A program made the translations under genes and the position numbers. From Scenedesmus sp. PABB004 (Eukaryota): DNA of 64,000 nt. Below the pieces are notes generated by a model that was not told where the DNA came from, did not search any database, and saw only the letters and a program-made list of their open reading frames with translations. Shown here in pieces: positions 61,701 through 64,000 of this stretch. Position 1 is the stretch's first letter. The number at the start of each line of letters is the position of its first letter. The stretch lies in NCBI GenBank assembly GCA_014905635.1, contig JABVCE010000038.1:1-64000 (forward strand), read 5' to 3'.

Positions 61701-64000
61701 GCTTTGTCAACTCGATCGTGCTCGTGCTGCTCCAGAAGCTCGAGGGCCAGCTCCACCAGATGTGGGACGTCGTCGTGCAGGTGCGCGGGCGAGCGAGCGC
61801 CCTGCACTGCACGCCCGGCGGGGCGCCGCCCGCCGCGCGCGCTGCCGGGCGGCGCCGCGCGGCGTCCGCCGGCGGCGCCGCTCTCTGACGCCGCGCGCCG
61901 CACGCGCTGCGCCCCGCGCGCCGCGCAGCGCCCGCTGGTGATGAACGGCGCGGGCGGCGGCGGCGGCAGCATGGAGGCCAAGGACGTGGCGGCGATGCAG
62001 GCGGCGATGCAGGCGGGCGGCACGCTCCCCGGCGACGGCACGCACGACGCGATGCTCGGCCTCGCCCCCGGCGGCGACGCCGCCGCCGCCGCCGCGGCGG
62101 GCAACCCGCCGGGCAGCTTCGCCGGCGGCAGCTTCGCCGCCGGCGGCGGCGGCAGCACGCTCGGCGCGGAGGGCGTCGCCGCCGCGCTCGCCGCGGCGGG
62201 CGCCGGCGGCAGCGTCGCGCTCGGCGGCGGCGGCAGCGTCGTGCTGGGCGGCGCCGGCGACAACAGCGCGGGCAACGTCAGCAAGAAGCTCTTCGTCAAG
62301 CGCTCCTGCACCGAGGCCATGCTCAAGGCGCGCGCGCGGCGCGCTTACCGCCGGCGGCCGCTTTGGGGCGGGCCAGGGCGGGGCGCGGGGCGGCCCGCCG
62401 GGCTCGCACGCGTCGCGCCACACGCACGACCTCCACGCCCACGCCCACCGCACACCGCGCACGCTCGCTCGCCACGTCCACCGCGCGCGCTCGCGCTCAC
62501 GCGCGCTTGCTTGCTGCCACGCACGCACGCACGCGCAGGTGCTGCAGCACGAGATCCGCAAGACGCACGCGCGCAACCAGAAGGTGGAGTGGGTGGACGA
62601 CCTGGTGCTGATGGAGACGATCGGCAAGGGCGGCTTTGGCGTCGTCTACAAGGGCAGCTGGAAGGGCAGCCTCGCCGCAATCAAGGTGGGCGGGCACGGC
62701 CGCGTTTGCAGTGATCGGCGGGGCTGCGCGCGCAGACGCGGCGCCGGGCGCGGGCGCGGGCCAGGGTCTCACGCCGCCGCGCCCGCGGCGGCCGCCGCCG
62801 CAGGTGATGTACGCGCGGCAGCACGAGCGCCAGGCGATGAAGGACGCGCTGGAGATGGCGGTGCTCACCACGGTGCGCGACACACCCCGCGCGCCGCGCC
62901 GCGTGCCCCACCCCGCGCGCCGCGGGGCCGCGGCCGCCCAACGGCGCCCCGCGCCGCGCTCCCCGGCCTCGTGCCGCGCCTCGACCGCGCCTCGACCGCG
63001 CCTCGCCGTGTGCCGCTGTGTGTGTGTCCCGCCCCGCCCCGCGCCGCCCCACACCGCCCCGCTGCCCCGCGCCGCCGCGCCGCCAGGTGAGCCACCCCAA
63101 CATCATCCAGGTGTACAACTGCTTCACAGACATGGTCGAGGACGCGGGTGCGCCGCAGCAGCGGGGCCCGCGGCCGGCGGGCACGGCCGGGCGGGTCGCC
63201 GCGACGCTCCGAACCAGGGCGCGGCGGCGCCCAGCCGCCCGGCCGCGGCGGCCGCGCGCCCGCCGCGACCCGACCCGACCCGACCCCGCCCGGCGCGGCG
63301 CCGCCCGACCCAGGCACGACGCCCAACGCGAGCCAGCCCGAGGGCCGCATCAACGTGCGCTTCCGCCGCCTCGAGCCGGAGGAGGACCGCAGCCTGGTGC
63401 GCCCGCCCGCCCCGCGCGCCCGCGCCGGGCACGACCCGTCGCCCGGCCGCGCTGCACCCCCCTGCGCCGCCGCGCGGGACGCCCTCGCACACCCTCTCAC
63501 ACACCTCTCACGCACCCTCTCGCACGCGCCCTCTCACACCTCTCAAACCCTGGACCCCAACTGAACCCCGCCGCCCCGCGCCCCGCGCCCCGTGCGCCCC
63601 CAGGCGACGTGCAACATTGTGGTCATGGAGTTTTGCGACAAGGGCAGCCTGCGCCACGCGATGAAGCGCGGCGTCTTCCACAAGCGCCTCGGCTCCACCA
63701 GCGTCGCGGTCGACCTCTGCGCCATCGTGCAGGCGCGGCCGCGCGCGCGGCGGGGGGGGGGGGGGCGGGGGCGGTTGCGCGTGGAGGCTCTGGCCGGTTG
63801 CGCGCGCCCACGAACGGCGGGCGGGTGGCAGGGTTGCAGCGTGGGTTGTGGCGTGCGGCTCACGTGCCATGCCGCACGCGGCCGCCGCGCCCAGGTGCTG
63901 CTGGAGGTCGCGGCGAGCGTGCAGCACCTGCACAACATGCAGCTGCTGCACTGCGACATCAAGCCTGAGAACGTGCTGCTCAAGAGCGACAACTCAAACC
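58778..64000 (+). CDS. TKL/MAPKKK-like Ser/Thr kinase with an N-terminal acylation motif and two GAF-like domains; 3' end beyond the window
   Basis: MGACLGK; GIKSFMAVPIGGAGEVLGLLTIA; VASIVVLPLM|YADQNLGGLYF; IGKGGFGVVYKGSWKGSLAAIK; HPNIIQVY; VMEFCDKGSL; LLHCDIKPENVLL. Confidence 0.92.

Noticed and set aside
5886..64000. Many overlapping Arg/Ala/Gly/Pro-rich ORFs on both strands
   Set aside because: Expected from stop-codon scarcity at this GC content. They are shadows of, or read through introns of, the spliced genes.
5886..64000. Introner-like repeated introns
   Set aside because: Introns share only GCGCG/CCGCG low-complexity words and splice signals; I saw no near-identical intron family.

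Overview
Very GC-rich (roughly 80% by eye), intron-dense eukaryotic nuclear DNA. Gene content and splice style point to a chlorophyte green alga (inference). Bases 1-5840 are a tandem array of about 34 copies of a ~172-bp, ~88% GC satellite. The rest holds about 18 spliced genes: mitochondrial intermediate peptidase, TAF10, a His-rich TPR-like membrane protein, a DnaJ protein, LCMT1, a doubtful hypothetical gene, an F-box-like protein, BBS8/TTC8, a Pro-rich putatively GPI-anchored surface protein, an FSIP1-like protein, MCMDC2, a second hypothetical gene, a small Cys-rich 2-TM protein, CFAP47, a PPPDE/DeSI peptidase, an AP2/ERF factor, mitoribosomal mS33 and a truncated GAF-GAF kinase. Most long ORFs in the supplied track are artefacts of GC richness. 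CDS coordinates are hand-spliced start-to-stop spans including introns; identifications come from recalled family motifs, not searches. Most notable: (1) a ~470-bp intergenic element present twice in inverted orientation, each copy filling most of the space between a different head-to-head gene pair; (2) at least 18 GC-AG introns with a weak AG|GCGCG donor; (3) the nucleosome-sized satellite abutting a gene end; (4) flagellar and meiotic genes close together.
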